64,000 nucleotides of DNA from Candidatus Eiseniibacteriota bacterium (lineage in GTDB: Bacteria; Eisenbacteria; RBG-16-71-46; CAZAMP01). The translations under genes and the position numbers were made by a program. The stretch is taken from the NCBI GenBank assembly GCA_965224245.1, contig OZ245046.1, forward strand, positions 192,001 to 256,000, read 5' to 3'. Under the pieces are notes generated by a model. That model was not told the origin of the DNA and did no database searches. It saw only the letters and a list, made by a program, of their open reading frames with translations. Positions 19,818-31,384 of the stretch are shown one piece after another; position 1 is the stretch's first letter, and every line of letters begins with the position of its first letter.

Positions 19818-21617
19818 GTGTACGAGAGCGAGGTCGACGGCCACACGGTCGACGCGTCCGAGATCCCGAGCGAGGTGCGGGACCGGTTTCGGGATGCCGT
19901 CGACGCCGTCGCCACCCGTACCATCCTGCCGTGGGGCGAGCACTGCACGGAATGTGCGATGCCGTCGTGCTTCGAGACGTGCGCGCTCTACGCGGCACGA
20001 CCCGACGGCAAGTGCCGCCGCTTCACGAACGGTGTGGAGCGCGTCGTCGGCACGGGAGGGATCGGGCCGTACGTCCTGAAGATCTCGTTCCGACGCTGGG
20101 GACAGCTCCACGCGATCGGCAACACGCACCTCTTTCCGGCCCCCGAGGCGGCGCGGATCGAGCGCCGCGACGTCCGGACGGCGGGGATCCTCCACGCGCT
20201 GCCCCTGCCCGCCACCCTCAGGCGACGCGTGACCCGATGGCGGAGCCGGAGCAAGAGCGACGCGGCTCGCGAGCTCGCCCGCGGTCCGGGTAGCCCCGAC
20301 TCCTTCCTCCTCGAGGTGTACAACCCGAACGAACAGACGATACACCTCACGTTCACGGTGCGCCCCAAGACGGACAGCCCGGTCCCCTTTCAGGAGCGGC
20401 TCGCCCTGGAGCCCGGCTTCACCCGCCACCGCATCGCGGTGGCCCGGATCTCGGCGCGCGTGGACCTGTCGCGGAGCTTCGTGATCGACCTCCTGCCCAA
20501 CGAGGTACCGGAAGGGACGACGCTCTACTTCGGGGCGATGGACTTCGTCACCGAGCCCTCGCGGACGACGTCGACGGGCAAGCCCTGCAAGTGCGTGGTG
20601 TGGGACCTGGACAACACCGTCTGGGAGGGGATCCTGGTCGAGGACGGCATCGACGGGCTCGTGCTGCGACCCGGGATCGAGGACGTGTTCCGTCGTCTCG
20701 ACGAGCGGGGGATCCTGCACTCGGTCGTCAGCAAGAACGATCCCGAGCCCGCGATGGCGGCGCTGGAGCGATTCGGGCTCGCCGAGTACGTGCTCGTCCC
20801 CCAGATCTCGTGGGATCCGAAGGGCGCGATGGTGGCCCGGGTCGCCGACGCGTTGAACATCGGACGCGACACGCTGCTCTTCATCGACGATTCCCCGTTC
20901 GAGCGAGCGGAGGTCGCGTCGGTGTGTCCCGAGGTGCGTATTCTCGACGCGACCGAGTACGCCACGCTGCCCGATCGACCGGAGTGCCGGGTCCCGGTCA
21001 CTGAGGACTCGCGCCGACGGCGCCAGCTCTACCGCGAGCAGGCGGTGCGCGCGGAAGCCGCCGTCGGATTTGGCGACGACTACTTCGAGTTCCTGCGCGA
21101 GTGCAACCTGGAGCTCACGCTCTCGCCGCTGGGGCCCGAGAACATCGCACGCGTTCACGAGCTCACGCAGCGCACGAACCAGATGAACTTCTCCGGGCGT
21201 CGCTATACCGTCGACGAGCTGCGCGAACTCGGTGAGAGCCCCGACCACGATACCTACGTCATGCGGTGTCGAGACCGCTTCGGCGACTACGGCACGGTGG
21301 GCTTCGCCTGCATCGACGTCCGCGAACCGCGTCTTCTCGATCTCACGTTCAGCTGTCGCGTGCAGAGCAAGCGTGTCGAGCACGCGTTCCTCACCGAGGT
21401 GCTGCGCCGATACCTTCCGGATGCGAACCCGGGGCTGCTCGTCTCGTACAAGCGAACCGACCGCAATGCTCCGTCGGGGCGCGTGTTCGACGACTTCGGG
21501 ATGGAGCGCATCCGGTTCGATGCCGACGGGACGGAGACGCTCCTGTTCGAGCGTTCGCGTGAGATACCGGACGACGCGTTCGTCCGGATCTCGGAGACGA
21601 ACGTGATCAGGACATGA
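19818..21617 (+). CDS. FkbH-like HAD-IIIC phosphatase/glyceryl transferase with Cys-rich N-terminal extension
   Basis: WDLDNTVW, SKND, FIDDSPFE, RTNQMN, DRFGDYG and FSCRV motifs. Confidence 0.9.
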   Translation: MYESEVDGHTVDASEIPSEVRDRFRDAVDAVATRTILPWGEHCTECAMPSCFETCALYAARPDGKCRRFTNGVERVVGTGGIGPYVLKISFRRWGQLHAIGNTHLFPAPEAARIERRDVRTAGILHALPLPATLRRRVTRWRSRSKSDAARELARGPGSPDSFLLEVYNPNEQTIHLTFTVRPKTDSPVPFQERLALEPGFTRHRIAVARISARVDLSRSFVIDLLPNEVPEGTTLYFGAMDFVTEPSRTTSTGKPCKCVVWDLDNTVWEGILVEDGIDGLVLRPGIEDVFRRLDERGILHSVVSKNDPEPAMAALERFGLAEYVLVPQISWDPKGAMVARVADALNIGRDTLLFIDDSPFERAEVASVCPEVRILDATEYATLPDRPECRVPVTEDSRRRRQLYREQAVRAEAAVGFGDDYFEFLRECNLELTLSPLGPENIARVHELTQRTNQMNFSGRRYTVDELRELGESPDHDTYVMRCRDRFGDYGTVGFACIDVREPRLLDLTFSCRVQSKRVEHAFLTEVLRRYLPDANPGLLVSYKRTDRNAPSGRVFDDFGMERIRFDADGTETLLFERSREIPDDAFVRISETNVIRT

Positions 21618-22372
21618 TCCGCCGGGTCGTTGCGGGTTCGCGCACGCGCATGCGGGGTGCCGTCCACCGACGGCTTGCGCGGCGACCAGCCGACGTCGAT
21701 CTCGACACGCCGGTCGTCTCGTTCACGTTCGATGACGCGCCCCTGTCCGCATACACCGTGGGGGCTCGGGCGCTCGATCGTCACGGCTGGCGCGGCACGT
21801 TCTACGTCGCGGGAAGCCTGCTCGGGAAGGAGTACGGCGACGAGATCGCGCTCGACGTGGAGGACGTCGCTGCCCTTCACGCCTCGGGCCACGAGGTCGG
21901 CTGTCACACGTTTTCTCACACGCCTCCCGCGGGCCTCGCTCGCGCCGAGGTGGCGAGCGATCTGGCTCGCAACGCGGTGCGGCTCGGCGAGCTGGTGCCG
22001 GGCCTGACTCTGGCGAGCTTCGCCTATCCGTTCGGCGAGGTCACCGTGGCCCTGAAACGGGAGGTCCGTGCGCGATTCTTCAGCGCCCGCGGCATCCGAT
22101 CGGGAGTCAACGCGGGTACGGTCGATCTGATGCTGCTTCGGGCCAACCGCCTCTACGGCGCCGATCCGGACCTCGAGCTCGTCGACCGGCTTCTCGACGA
22201 CGCCCACCGCCAGAGAGGCTGGATCATCTTCTACACGCACGACGTCGCCGAGCGACCCGGCCGATACGGCTGCACGGCCCGTCATCTCGAAGCCGTGATC
22301 GAGCGCGTACGCACGTCCGGCGCCACCGTCCTTCCGGTCCGGGACGCCGTGACGTCCGCGACGACGACGTAG
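21614..22372 (+). CDS. Polysaccharide deacetylase (CE4/NodB-like)
   Basis: TFDD, HEVGCHTFSH, FAYPFG and YTH motifs; ATGA coupling to the FkbH-like gene. Confidence 0.9.
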   Translation: MIRRVVAGSRTRMRGAVHRRLARRPADVDLDTPVVSFTFDDAPLSAYTVGARALDRHGWRGTFYVAGSLLGKEYGDEIALDVEDVAALHASGHEVGCHTFSHTPPAGLARAEVASDLARNAVRLGELVPGLTLASFAYPFGEVTVALKREVRARFFSARGIRSGVNAGTVDLMLLRANRLYGADPDLELVDRLLDDAHRQRGWIIFYTHDVAERPGRYGCTARHLEAVIERVRTSGATVLPVRDAVTSATTT

Positions 22373-22392
22373 TCACCGCGCGACGACGCCCG

Positions 22393-23865
22393 TCATCCGC
22401 GCCATCGATCTCGAATGGAGTCGAGACCGCGGCGCTCCTCGGGTCTCAGAAAGGCGGGTGAAAGGGCCAGCGCGGCGGCCCCCACGAGAAGGACCACGCG
22501 CCCGGGTAGGTGCACGGCGGCGGGTAGGTGCAGCGAGAGCCAGTCGCCCGCGAGCACCACCAGCCCCGACACGACGAGGATGAGTCCCACGCGTCGCCAC
22601 TCGTACGGAATCGGATGCAGCCGGTGCCCGAACGCGGCCACGAGCCCGGCGAGGACGAGGTGGGCGGCCACGGTGCTGAGGGCGGCGGCTTGCATGCCGT
22701 GCGTCGGGATGAAGAGCACGTTGAGCGTCAGGTTCACGGCCAGCCCCGCGAGAGCGGCCACGGTGATGCGGCTCGTCCGCCCGGCCAGGCTCACGCCCGA
22801 GTTCAGCACATAGGTGGAGAGCTGAATCACGCCCGCCAGCGCCACCCACGGCATGATGGTCTCGGCGGCGGCGTAGCTGTCGGTGGCGAGGACGCCGAGC
22901 AGCTCGCGACGAAACAGGGCGATCCCGCACCCGACGAAGGCCCCGGTGGCCACCGCGGCGACGAGAACCCGGGCGATGACGCGATCGGCGCCGACCCGTT
23001 GAGACAGCGGCCACATGACCGTGGGCCAAGCCAGGAGGAAGGGCTGGGTGATGAACACGTTCAGGAGCCGGCTGATGCGATAGCCCGCCCCGTAGACACC
23101 CACCTCGTCCAGCCCCCGGAAGTGGCGCAGGAGCCAGATGTCCGACCACTCGATGAGGAACCCGGCCACCGCGGAGAAGGCGATCGGCGTGCCGAAGGTC
23201 ACGAGGTCGCGGATCACCCGGTTCGAGACATGCCGGACGCGCGACACCAGGAACCACACCGCCACCGCGTAGACGAGCCCGTTGGCCAGCGCCTGGGCCG
23301 CGAGCACGCCCTCCACTCCGCGTCCCAGTCCAGCCACGAAGTAGATCGCCAGCGAGAGCACCAGGACGAAGCGCGTGAGCGAGATGCCGACGAAGAGACC
23401 GGCCTTGCTCTCGGTCCGGGCCCACGAGAGCACCGTGAGCATGCCGATCTCGAACCACATCGAGGCCAGCACCAGGCTGATCAGGGGCGCCAGGGAGGGG
23501 TCTCCGACGAGGATCCCCGCCAGTGGACGCCGGCACAGGTATCCGATCGCGAAGAACGCCGTCGCCGAGATCGAGAGCACGGCGAACGAGGATCCGATCA
23601 CGGCGTTCCGCCGCTCCGGCGCCACCCGGTTGTAGGTGCGGACGAACGCGCTGTTGAAGCCGAGGCCGCCGATCGTGGTCAGGAGGCCGGCCAGTGCCTG
23701 GAGAGCGAAGATGCTACCCAGCTCGTCGGTGCTGAGGACGCGGGTGTAGAGCGGGATGAGAACGAACCCCGCAAGCCGTCCCGCGAGGGCGCCGGTGGCG
23801 TAGACCGCCGATCGACGGACGACCGCGGACAGGTTCTCCAGCGTGCTGGCCGGGGAGTCCGTCAC
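22393..23865 (-). CDS. Wzx-like oligosaccharide flippase
   Basis: Many TM helices; IPLYTRVLS..G and VGVYGAGY motifs. Confidence 0.88.
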   Translation of the reverse strand: MTDSPASTLENLSAVVRRSAVYATGALAGRLAGFVLIPLYTRVLSTDELGSIFALQALAGLLTTIGGLGFNSAFVRTYNRVAPERRNAVIGSSFAVLSISATAFFAIGYLCRRPLAGILVGDPSLAPLISLVLASMWFEIGMLTVLSWARTESKAGLFVGISLTRFVLVLSLAIYFVAGLGRGVEGVLAAQALANGLVYAVAVWFLVSRVRHVSNRVIRDLVTFGTPIAFSAVAGFLIEWSDIWLLRHFRGLDEVGVYGAGYRISRLLNVFITQPFLLAWPTVMWPLSQRVGADRVIARVLVAAVATGAFVGCGIALFRRELLGVLATDSYAAAETIMPWVALAGVIQLSTYVLNSGVSLAGRTSRITVAALAGLAVNLTLNVLFIPTHGMQAAALSTVAAHLVLAGLVAAFGHRLHPIPYEWRRVGLILVVSGLVVLAGDWLSLHLPAAVHLPGRVVLLVGAAALALSPAFLRPEERRGLDSIRDRWRG

Positions 23866-24036
23866 GGCGTCGTCACCATGGCGTCGAGGGTTCCGGCCTC
23901 GTCGGCCCGCGTCTCGGAAAGGCCGGCGCCTCCGGCCGACGTTTCATCCAGCGATTGCCGACGCACGACGCTCTCCTTCATGGCGGTTGGATCGAGCTGG
24001 CAAGGCGCGCATGATACAGCACGCCGTGGCGGCACC

Positions 24037-26685
24037 TCAGCGATCGAGCGCGTCGTTCGCGGGCTCTCGATCGAGCGCGTCGAGCTGCGCCCGGGCCTCG
24101 ACCACGGAATCCGCATCGGGGCCATGCGCCGCCTCGAGCAAGGCGACCGCCCGCCCGTACAGCGATCGGGCCGACTCCAGGTCGCCGGCGAGCACGTGGT
24201 TCTCGGCGAGCTGCCTCAAGCCGGAGGCCAGCCTCGGCGAATCCGGACCGAAAGCCGCCTCCTGGACCTCCAGAACGTGTTCGCGAAGAGGCCGCGCGAG
24301 CGAGACCTCTCCCTGTTTCTCGAGGAGCCACGCCTTGTTCGATTCGAGGATGGCATAGTCGACGTGTTCCCGACCCACGGCATGGTCGGCGATGTCCAAC
24401 GCCTCCTCGAAGAGCGGCGCGGCTTCATCGAGCCGATCGGAGGCGACGTACACCGTCGCGAGGTTGTCGAGCGTCCACGCCAGGAGCTGGTGATCCGAAG
24501 GCAGAGTCTTGCGCCGGATGTCGAGCGCCTTGCGCAGGTGTTCCTCCGCGCTCGCGTACCGCTCCATCCGCTTGTAGAGGAGCCCGAGGTTGTTGTGGGT
24601 GTAGGCGAGGTCGGGATGCTCGGGGCCCAGGGTCTCGACCTTGATCGCGAGCGATTCGAGGTAGGTCGTCTCGGCTTCCTCGTCCCGACCCTGGCGGCGG
24701 TACACCTCGGCGAGGTTGTTCTTGCTGCTGCCGATGGAGGGGTGATCGTCACCCAGCGTACGCGTGCGGATGTCGATCGCCCTCCGGAGCAACGTCTCCG
24801 CCTCGGCGTACTGCAGACGTGCCATCTTGACGTTGCCGAGGTTGTTGCATGCCTGGGCGACGCGTTCGTCGTCCGGACCGAACGCTTGCTCGAACTCCAT
24901 GAGTGCGAGCGTCAGGGCCGAGTCCGCGGCCGCCTGCCGCCTCTGGTGCCAGTACAGCGTCCCGAGCGCGTCGAGACCTTCCGCGACCTGGAGGTGCCTG
25001 CCCGGCGAACGTTCGGCCCGCTCCAGAGCGCGATTCAGCGTCGATTCCGCCTCGGCGAAGTGACCCTGCTGAATCTGGACCCACCCCACCTTCACCATGA
25101 TGGAGGGGACCTCGACGTGCTCCTCGCCGTGAACGTCGATGTGTGTCGCCAGCGCGCTCGTCAAAAGGCGCTCGGCCGGCTCGAGAAGGCCGAGCTCGAG
25201 GTACGTGATGCCCATGGTCTCCTGTAGCTCGGCGCGGATCTCCGGCTCGCTCGCGAGCTCGCGGTCGATCCGCTCGCTTCCGGCGTCGAGGAGCTCACGC
25301 GCGGTTAGCTCCTCTCCCCGGGCGACCGCGGGGTGCGACGCCTCGAAGAGCTCCTTCAGGAAGTCCGATACCCGCTCGGAGGTCTCCGCGCGCCGCGTCG
25401 CGTCCTGCTCGGCGATCAGCGCGCGGGAGAGGTTCGCGTCGGCCCGTCCGTAGAGAACGCTCATCCACACCGCGAATCCGATCAGCGCCACGAGAAGCGT
25501 CGTGGCCAGTGCCGCCTCCGCCCGATGACGTCGGACGAGCTGTCGGAGCTGGTACATCGTGCTCTGAGGGCGGGCCAGAATCGGCAACGCGGCGAGGTAG
25601 CGTCCGACGTCGTCGGCGAGCGCGAGCGCGCTCTGGTACCGCTGGTCTGCCTCCTTGGCCAGGGCCTTGACGGTGATGACCTCGAGGTCCGCGTCGACGC
25701 GTCCGCGAAGCGGCGCCGGGGGGGTATCACACACCACCCGCATGGCTTCCATCAGCGACAGTGACTGGACGTCGTACGGGTGCTTCCCGGTGAGCAGGAG
25801 ATAGAGAACCACCCCGAGCGCGTAGACGTCGGTGCGCACGTCGACACCGTCCCGATCACCGCGTACCTGCTCGGGGCTCATGTACTGAAGCGTCCCTCGC
25901 ACGTGTCCCGGCTGCGTCACGAGCGATGCCTCGTCTCCCTCGTCGAGCACGCGAGCGAGGCCGAAGTCCATGACCTTGACTCCGGCGACCATCGGCTCGG
26001 ACGTGCCGGAGCCGGAAGCCGGTGGCGTCACGAAGATGTTCGCGGGCTTGAGGTCTCGGTGAACGATGGCATGCTGGTGCGCACAGTGAACGGCGAGACA
26101 GATGCGACGAAAGAGCCGGAGGTCGCTCTCCAGTCGCGCCCGCGAGGACTCACCCGGAGAGCGCTCACGGGCCAGGTGATCGTCGAGAGGCACGCCCCTC
26201 ACGAGCTCCATGGCAAAGTAGAGCTGACCGTCCGCGGCCCGCCCCGACTCGTGAATCGTCGCGATGTCGGGGTGATCCAGCCGTGCCAGGGCCTCGATCT
26301 CGCGGCGGAAGAGGCGCACGCGGATCTCGTCCTGCGAGCCGCCGCGAATCACCTTGAGCGCCACCCGGCGGCGGGGGTGCTCCTGCTCGGCCTCGTAGAC
26401 GACGCCCATCCCTCCCGCGCCGAGCCTCCGGATGATGCGGTACCTCCCGATTCGCTCGGGGAGGGGCCCGTCGATGTCGTCGTCGTGTCTCGGGCCGTCG
26501 TCGTGTGCCGGAGGCGCCACACGCAGCTCCGACGTCGCCGGGCTTCTCGAGAGCAGATCGACGATCTCTTCCCGGAGCGCCTCGTCGTCGCCGCACTCCC
26601 GCTCGAGCAGCTCTCGCCGCTGGGTATCGCCGAGAGGCAGGGCCCGAGCAAAGAGCTCACGGACCCGACGATGGCGCTCGTTCAC
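24037..26685 (-). CDS. Membrane Ser/Thr protein kinase with TPR repeats
   Basis: LGAGGMG, VALK, HRDLKPAN, DFGLA and YMSPEQ motifs; TM segment; NNLG/LGxxHP TPRs; GTGA coupling to the ECF gene. Confidence 0.95.
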   Translation of the reverse strand: MNERHRRVRELFARALPLGDTQRRELLERECGDDEALREEIVDLLSRSPATSELRVAPPAHDDGPRHDDDIDGPLPERIGRYRIIRRLGAGGMGVVYEAEQEHPRRRVALKVIRGGSQDEIRVRLFRREIEALARLDHPDIATIHESGRAADGQLYFAMELVRGVPLDDHLARERSPGESSRARLESDLRLFRRICLAVHCAHQHAIVHRDLKPANIFVTPPASGSGTSEPMVAGVKVMDFGLARVLDEGDEASLVTQPGHVRGTLQYMSPEQVRGDRDGVDVRTDVYALGVVLYLLLTGKHPYDVQSLSLMEAMRVVCDTPPAPLRGRVDADLEVITVKALAKEADQRYQSALALADDVGRYLAALPILARPQSTMYQLRQLVRRHRAEAALATTLLVALIGFAVWMSVLYGRADANLSRALIAEQDATRRAETSERVSDFLKELFEASHPAVARGEELTARELLDAGSERIDRELASEPEIRAELQETMGITYLELGLLEPAERLLTSALATHIDVHGEEHVEVPSIMVKVGWVQIQQGHFAEAESTLNRALERAERSPGRHLQVAEGLDALGTLYWHQRRQAAADSALTLALMEFEQAFGPDDERVAQACNNLGNVKMARLQYAEAETLLRRAIDIRTRTLGDDHPSIGSSKNNLAEVYRRQGRDEEAETTYLESLAIKVETLGPEHPDLAYTHNNLGLLYKRMERYASAEEHLRKALDIRRKTLPSDHQLLAWTLDNLATVYVASDRLDEAAPLFEEALDIADHAVGREHVDYAILESNKAWLLEKQGEVSLARPLREHVLEVQEAAFGPDSPRLASGLRQLAENHVLAGDLESARSLYGRAVALLEAAHGPDADSVVEARAQLDALDREPANDALDR

Positions 26686-27257
26686 CCGACGTCCCCGGGG
26701 TGTCCGAGCTCACGCGCGAGCCACGAGCGACAGAACTGCCAGCGGCGCTCCACGCTGCGGCGGGACGCGCCGAGCACGTCCGCCGTCTCTCCCACGGTGA
26801 GGCCCGCGAAGTACCGCAGCATCACGACCTGGTAGTCGTCGGCGTCCTCCTCTTCGAGCTTCGACAGCGCCTGATCGAGGGCCAGGAGATCCTCGGGGGA
26901 GGCCTCGTCGACGCGGACGACGTCATCGAGAGGCACCGACCGGAGACCGGCCCCCCGCTTCGCCGTGCCCTTTCGTCGCGCCTCGTCGATGAGGAGGTTC
27001 CGCATGGAGCGCGCTGCGGCGCAGAAGAAGTGATGGCGGCCGTTCCAGGAGACCTGCTGCTGTTCGACGAGGCGAAGATAGGCCTCGTGCACGACCGCCG
27101 TGGTGTCGAGCGTGTCCCCGACGGGCAGGCGCGCGCGCTGGGCGGCGGCCAGCCGCCGAAGCTCCGAGTAGACCGTGGAGAAGACCCTCTCCTCGGCCTG
27201 CGCATCGCCCCCCGCCGCGAGGTTGAGGAGCTGTGAGATGGGTATCGAATCCCCCAT
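26682..27257 (-). CDS. ECF sigma factor, kinase-associated (ECF43/TIGR02999-like)
   Basis: VYSELRRLA, TLDTTAVVHEAYLRL, AKRG and LRYFAGL motifs. Confidence 0.92.
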   Translation of the reverse strand: MGDSIPISQLLNLAAGGDAQAEERVFSTVYSELRRLAAAQRARLPVGDTLDTTAVVHEAYLRLVEQQQVSWNGRHHFFCAAARSMRNLLIDEARRKGTAKRGAGLRSVPLDDVVRVDEASPEDLLALDQALSKLEEEDADDYQVVMLRYFAGLTVGETADVLGASRRSVERRWQFCRSWLARELGHPGDVG

Positions 27258-27475
27258 GGTGCCGGGAGGATAACACGTGCCCCCGGAGGGCCATAGACGC
27301 GCCGCGAGCCACGATCCGGAGAATCTTCTCGAGAATCTTGGCGGGGTCTGGCCCGGATCTCGATTCCCCACTTGAGCAATGGCACGCCCGCCACCGCGAG
27401 GGTGCACCTCGCATCTCACGACAGGAGCAGTCCCGAGTGGGGGATACAGGCTCCAGGACCATCGGAGGCAGTCTC

Positions 27476-29059
27476 ATGATCCGGAATCGTCCAAATGCGG
27501 TGCTCGACCGCTTCGCGCTCACGGTCACCTGTCTGGCGGCCGCGTCGGCCGTCGGGGTGTCCGCCGTCTCGGCGCACGTCATCGACAACTTCGAGCAGGG
27601 AACGTTCGACGTGCTCGCTCCGGCGGGGGCATCGGCGTCGGGCTCGCAGTTCGCGCTCAACCCGTTCAACTGCATCGCCGGCAAGAGAGAGGTGACCGTC
27701 ACCTCGCACAGCGCCTCGCAGCCGGCGAGCGCCGGCCTCAGCCTGTCGCCGCAGGATGACGAGGTCGCCTCGGTCATGCCGGACGAGGGGGGCATCGTCT
27801 CCCTGGTCTACGACATCGGCGCGGACACGGACATCACCGTGGGGGGGACCCGGGATCGCATCCGACTGTCCCTGAGCGTCGCTCCCGACGGCGGCGGCGC
27901 CGACGTCGGTGAGGTCCGGCTGTCGCTCAGCGACGACACCGGGGCGCACCAGTCGGTCTCGCTCCCGTTCGGCGGCCCGGGGAACGTCGACTTCTGGCTC
28001 TCGGACTACCCGAGCGTGAACCTCGTGAACGTCCAGCGCGTGGATGTCGACCTGATCGCGTACCGTGCCGGCGACTACCACGTTCGCGACATCCGTACCG
28101 TCAAGCTGGGAACGCCGCTCGTCTACATCCCGGTGGGATCCACCGAGGTGTCCGGTCCCGGCTATCCCACCGAGCCGCTCCTGTGGGAAGGCATCGCCGA
28201 TCCCGAGGGGGAGACGGCGCCGGGCGGCGCGCTGGCGCTGAAGATCTCGGACGCACAGGTCGATCCGTCGATCCCCTGCGACGACTTCTGCGACGGCGTG
28301 CCCTACGGCCTCTTCACGCTGCCCGCCGAGGTTCCCGGACACTCCGAGGCGTGGGTGCGCTTCGAGGGCGGCTTCAACGACGTGTTCCCCGCCGAGCAGA
28401 CGCTCAGCTTCCAGCTCTCGTTCGAGCCTCCGGCCGATCACACCTACGGAGAGCCGATCTGGAACTCCGTGTGGGTCAACGGCGGGTTCATGGTGGAGAT
28501 GTCGATGGAGCTCTTCGACGGATCCGGAACGTCGCTCGGCATGACGGAGCACCACGTCATGGGCGATCTGATGAACGACCTGTCGCCGGTGCTGTCGGAC
28601 TTCGTCCCGAGCGTCGTCTCCGGGAACGACCTGCATCTGGTGCTCGGTCTGACGCAGGTCACCGGGAGAGTCCGCGGCACGGGCGATTCGACCTCCCGGT
28701 CGTCCGAGGACGCCGGGACGGCCGTCCTGGCCCTGCGCGTCGAGAGCACGGCATCCGCGGAGGTCGTCCTGGACGTGCCCGGCGCGGCGGCCGTCATGCC
28801 GCAGCTCACGGCTCGCCCCACGGTGATGCGGACGCAGACCACATTCGACCTCGCGGGTACGGCGGATGTCGCGCGGAGCCTCGACATCTACGACGTGGCC
28901 GGACGCTCGGTGCGCTCGCTCTCGGTGCCGGCCGGCTCGACGCTGGCCCGGTGGGACGGACGAACCACGGGCGGCATTCGCGTGAGTCCCGGCGTCTACA
29001 TCGCGCGCGTCGCCGGAGCTCGGGGCGGCGCGGGCGCACGGCTCGTGGTCGTTCGTTGA
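27476..29059 (+). CDS. Secreted multidomain protein with CTD; its stop codon is partly supplied by the IS110 end
   Basis: GGAGG RBS; signal peptide; CTD IYDVAGR..WDGRT..SPGVY..RLVVVR. Confidence 0.88.
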   Translation: MIRNRPNAVLDRFALTVTCLAAASAVGVSAVSAHVIDNFEQGTFDVLAPAGASASGSQFALNPFNCIAGKREVTVTSHSASQPASAGLSLSPQDDEVASVMPDEGGIVSLVYDIGADTDITVGGTRDRIRLSLSVAPDGGGADVGEVRLSLSDDTGAHQSVSLPFGGPGNVDFWLSDYPSVNLVNVQRVDVDLIAYRAGDYHVRDIRTVKLGTPLVYIPVGSTEVSGPGYPTEPLLWEGIADPEGETAPGGALALKISDAQVDPSIPCDDFCDGVPYGLFTLPAEVPGHSEAWVRFEGGFNDVFPAEQTLSFQLSFEPPADHTYGEPIWNSVWVNGGFMVEMSMELFDGSGTSLGMTEHHVMGDLMNDLSPVLSDFVPSVVSGNDLHLVLGLTQVTGRVRGTGDSTSRSSEDAGTAVLALRVESTASAEVVLDVPGAAAVMPQLTARPTVMRTQTTFDLAGTADVARSLDIYDVAGRSVRSLSVPAGSTLARWDGRTTGGIRVSPGVYIARVAGARGGAGARLVVVR

Positions 29060-29100
29060 TATGGAACGACCCTGTCAAGGGCACTGATTCGTGATCCCAG

Positions 29101-29131
29101 GGGGCGGCGGAGGCCGCCCCGTTCTTGTTTT
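29101..29131 (+). terminator. IS-borne intrinsic terminator facing host read-through
   Basis: GGGGCGGC-GGAG-GCCGCCCC hairpin followed by GTTCTTGTTTT. Confidence 0.65.
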
Positions 29132-29149
29132 GTACCGGTTTGTTGGAAG

Positions 29150-29365
29150 AGCTCGAGACACCGCGGGGTGATGGCGGCTTCGACGACGAGTCACGCTGAT
29201 GTTCGCGGGTTGAGCCGGCGTCCCGGCCAGAGCCGCATGACTGTGATCCGTCGGGAGGTTGCGCCCTCTAGCATCGTGGGTTCGGGAACGACATTCCGTA
29301 CCACATATCGAAGTCGCGCGCTGTCTCCAGATCGTGCCATCGGTCCGACGGTGCCTCGAGCCAGT
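29150..29365 (-). ncRNA. Candidate bridge RNA/seekRNA
   Basis: Two tandem stem-internal-loop modules (AUGUGG..AACCCACGA and AUGCGG..AACCCGCGA) downstream of the recombinase; loop strands show short matches to target and donor junctions. Confidence 0.7.
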
Positions 29366-30050
29366 GGTCATGTTCGGTTTGTCCCTACGCTGCGGGCCGG
29401 ACGCTCGGATGGAGCACGGCCCAGAGGTATCCCACCAGTTCACGTGCCATGGCCACGATGGTCTTGGGGTGTGGCTTCCCGCGTATCATCATCCGTTTGT
29501 AGTGAGCATGGAGCCGCTCTTGTGAGCGATTGGCAATGGCAATGACCCAGGCGGGTTGATCCTCTCGTCGACGAGCAAGCGGCCCCGAGATCGACGGACG
29601 ATGACGATGGTGCCAGGCCGCTTCGACCAGAAGCCGGCGAACGTGTCCGTTGCCGGTCTTGGTGACGGGTCCACGATCGGTCCGCTCGCCACTGGAGTGT
29701 TCACTGGGAACCAGCCCGAGGTAGGCCGCCAGGGCCCGTGCGGAGCGGAAGCGACGGAAGTCGTGGAGCTCGGCCACCAGGCTAACCGCGGTCACCGTGT
29801 CGATCCCCCGGAAGCACCGGAGCCAGGACACCGGATCTCGATACGGCTCCTGCTGACCACAGCGCTCCATCTCGCGCTCGAGCTGGGCTCGACGCTCGGT
29901 GAGCTGATCGACGGCGAGGAGGTAGGAGTCGAGCGTGGCTTGAGCGGCCGGATCCTCGAACCGAAGCGTGCGCAGCCACGCCATGTGCCGAGAGCCCCAG
30001 TGAACCACGCCGGGTTTGCCGGAGGGTGTATTCCTTGAGAGGATACCTCC

Positions 30051-31384
<1,334 letters not shown>

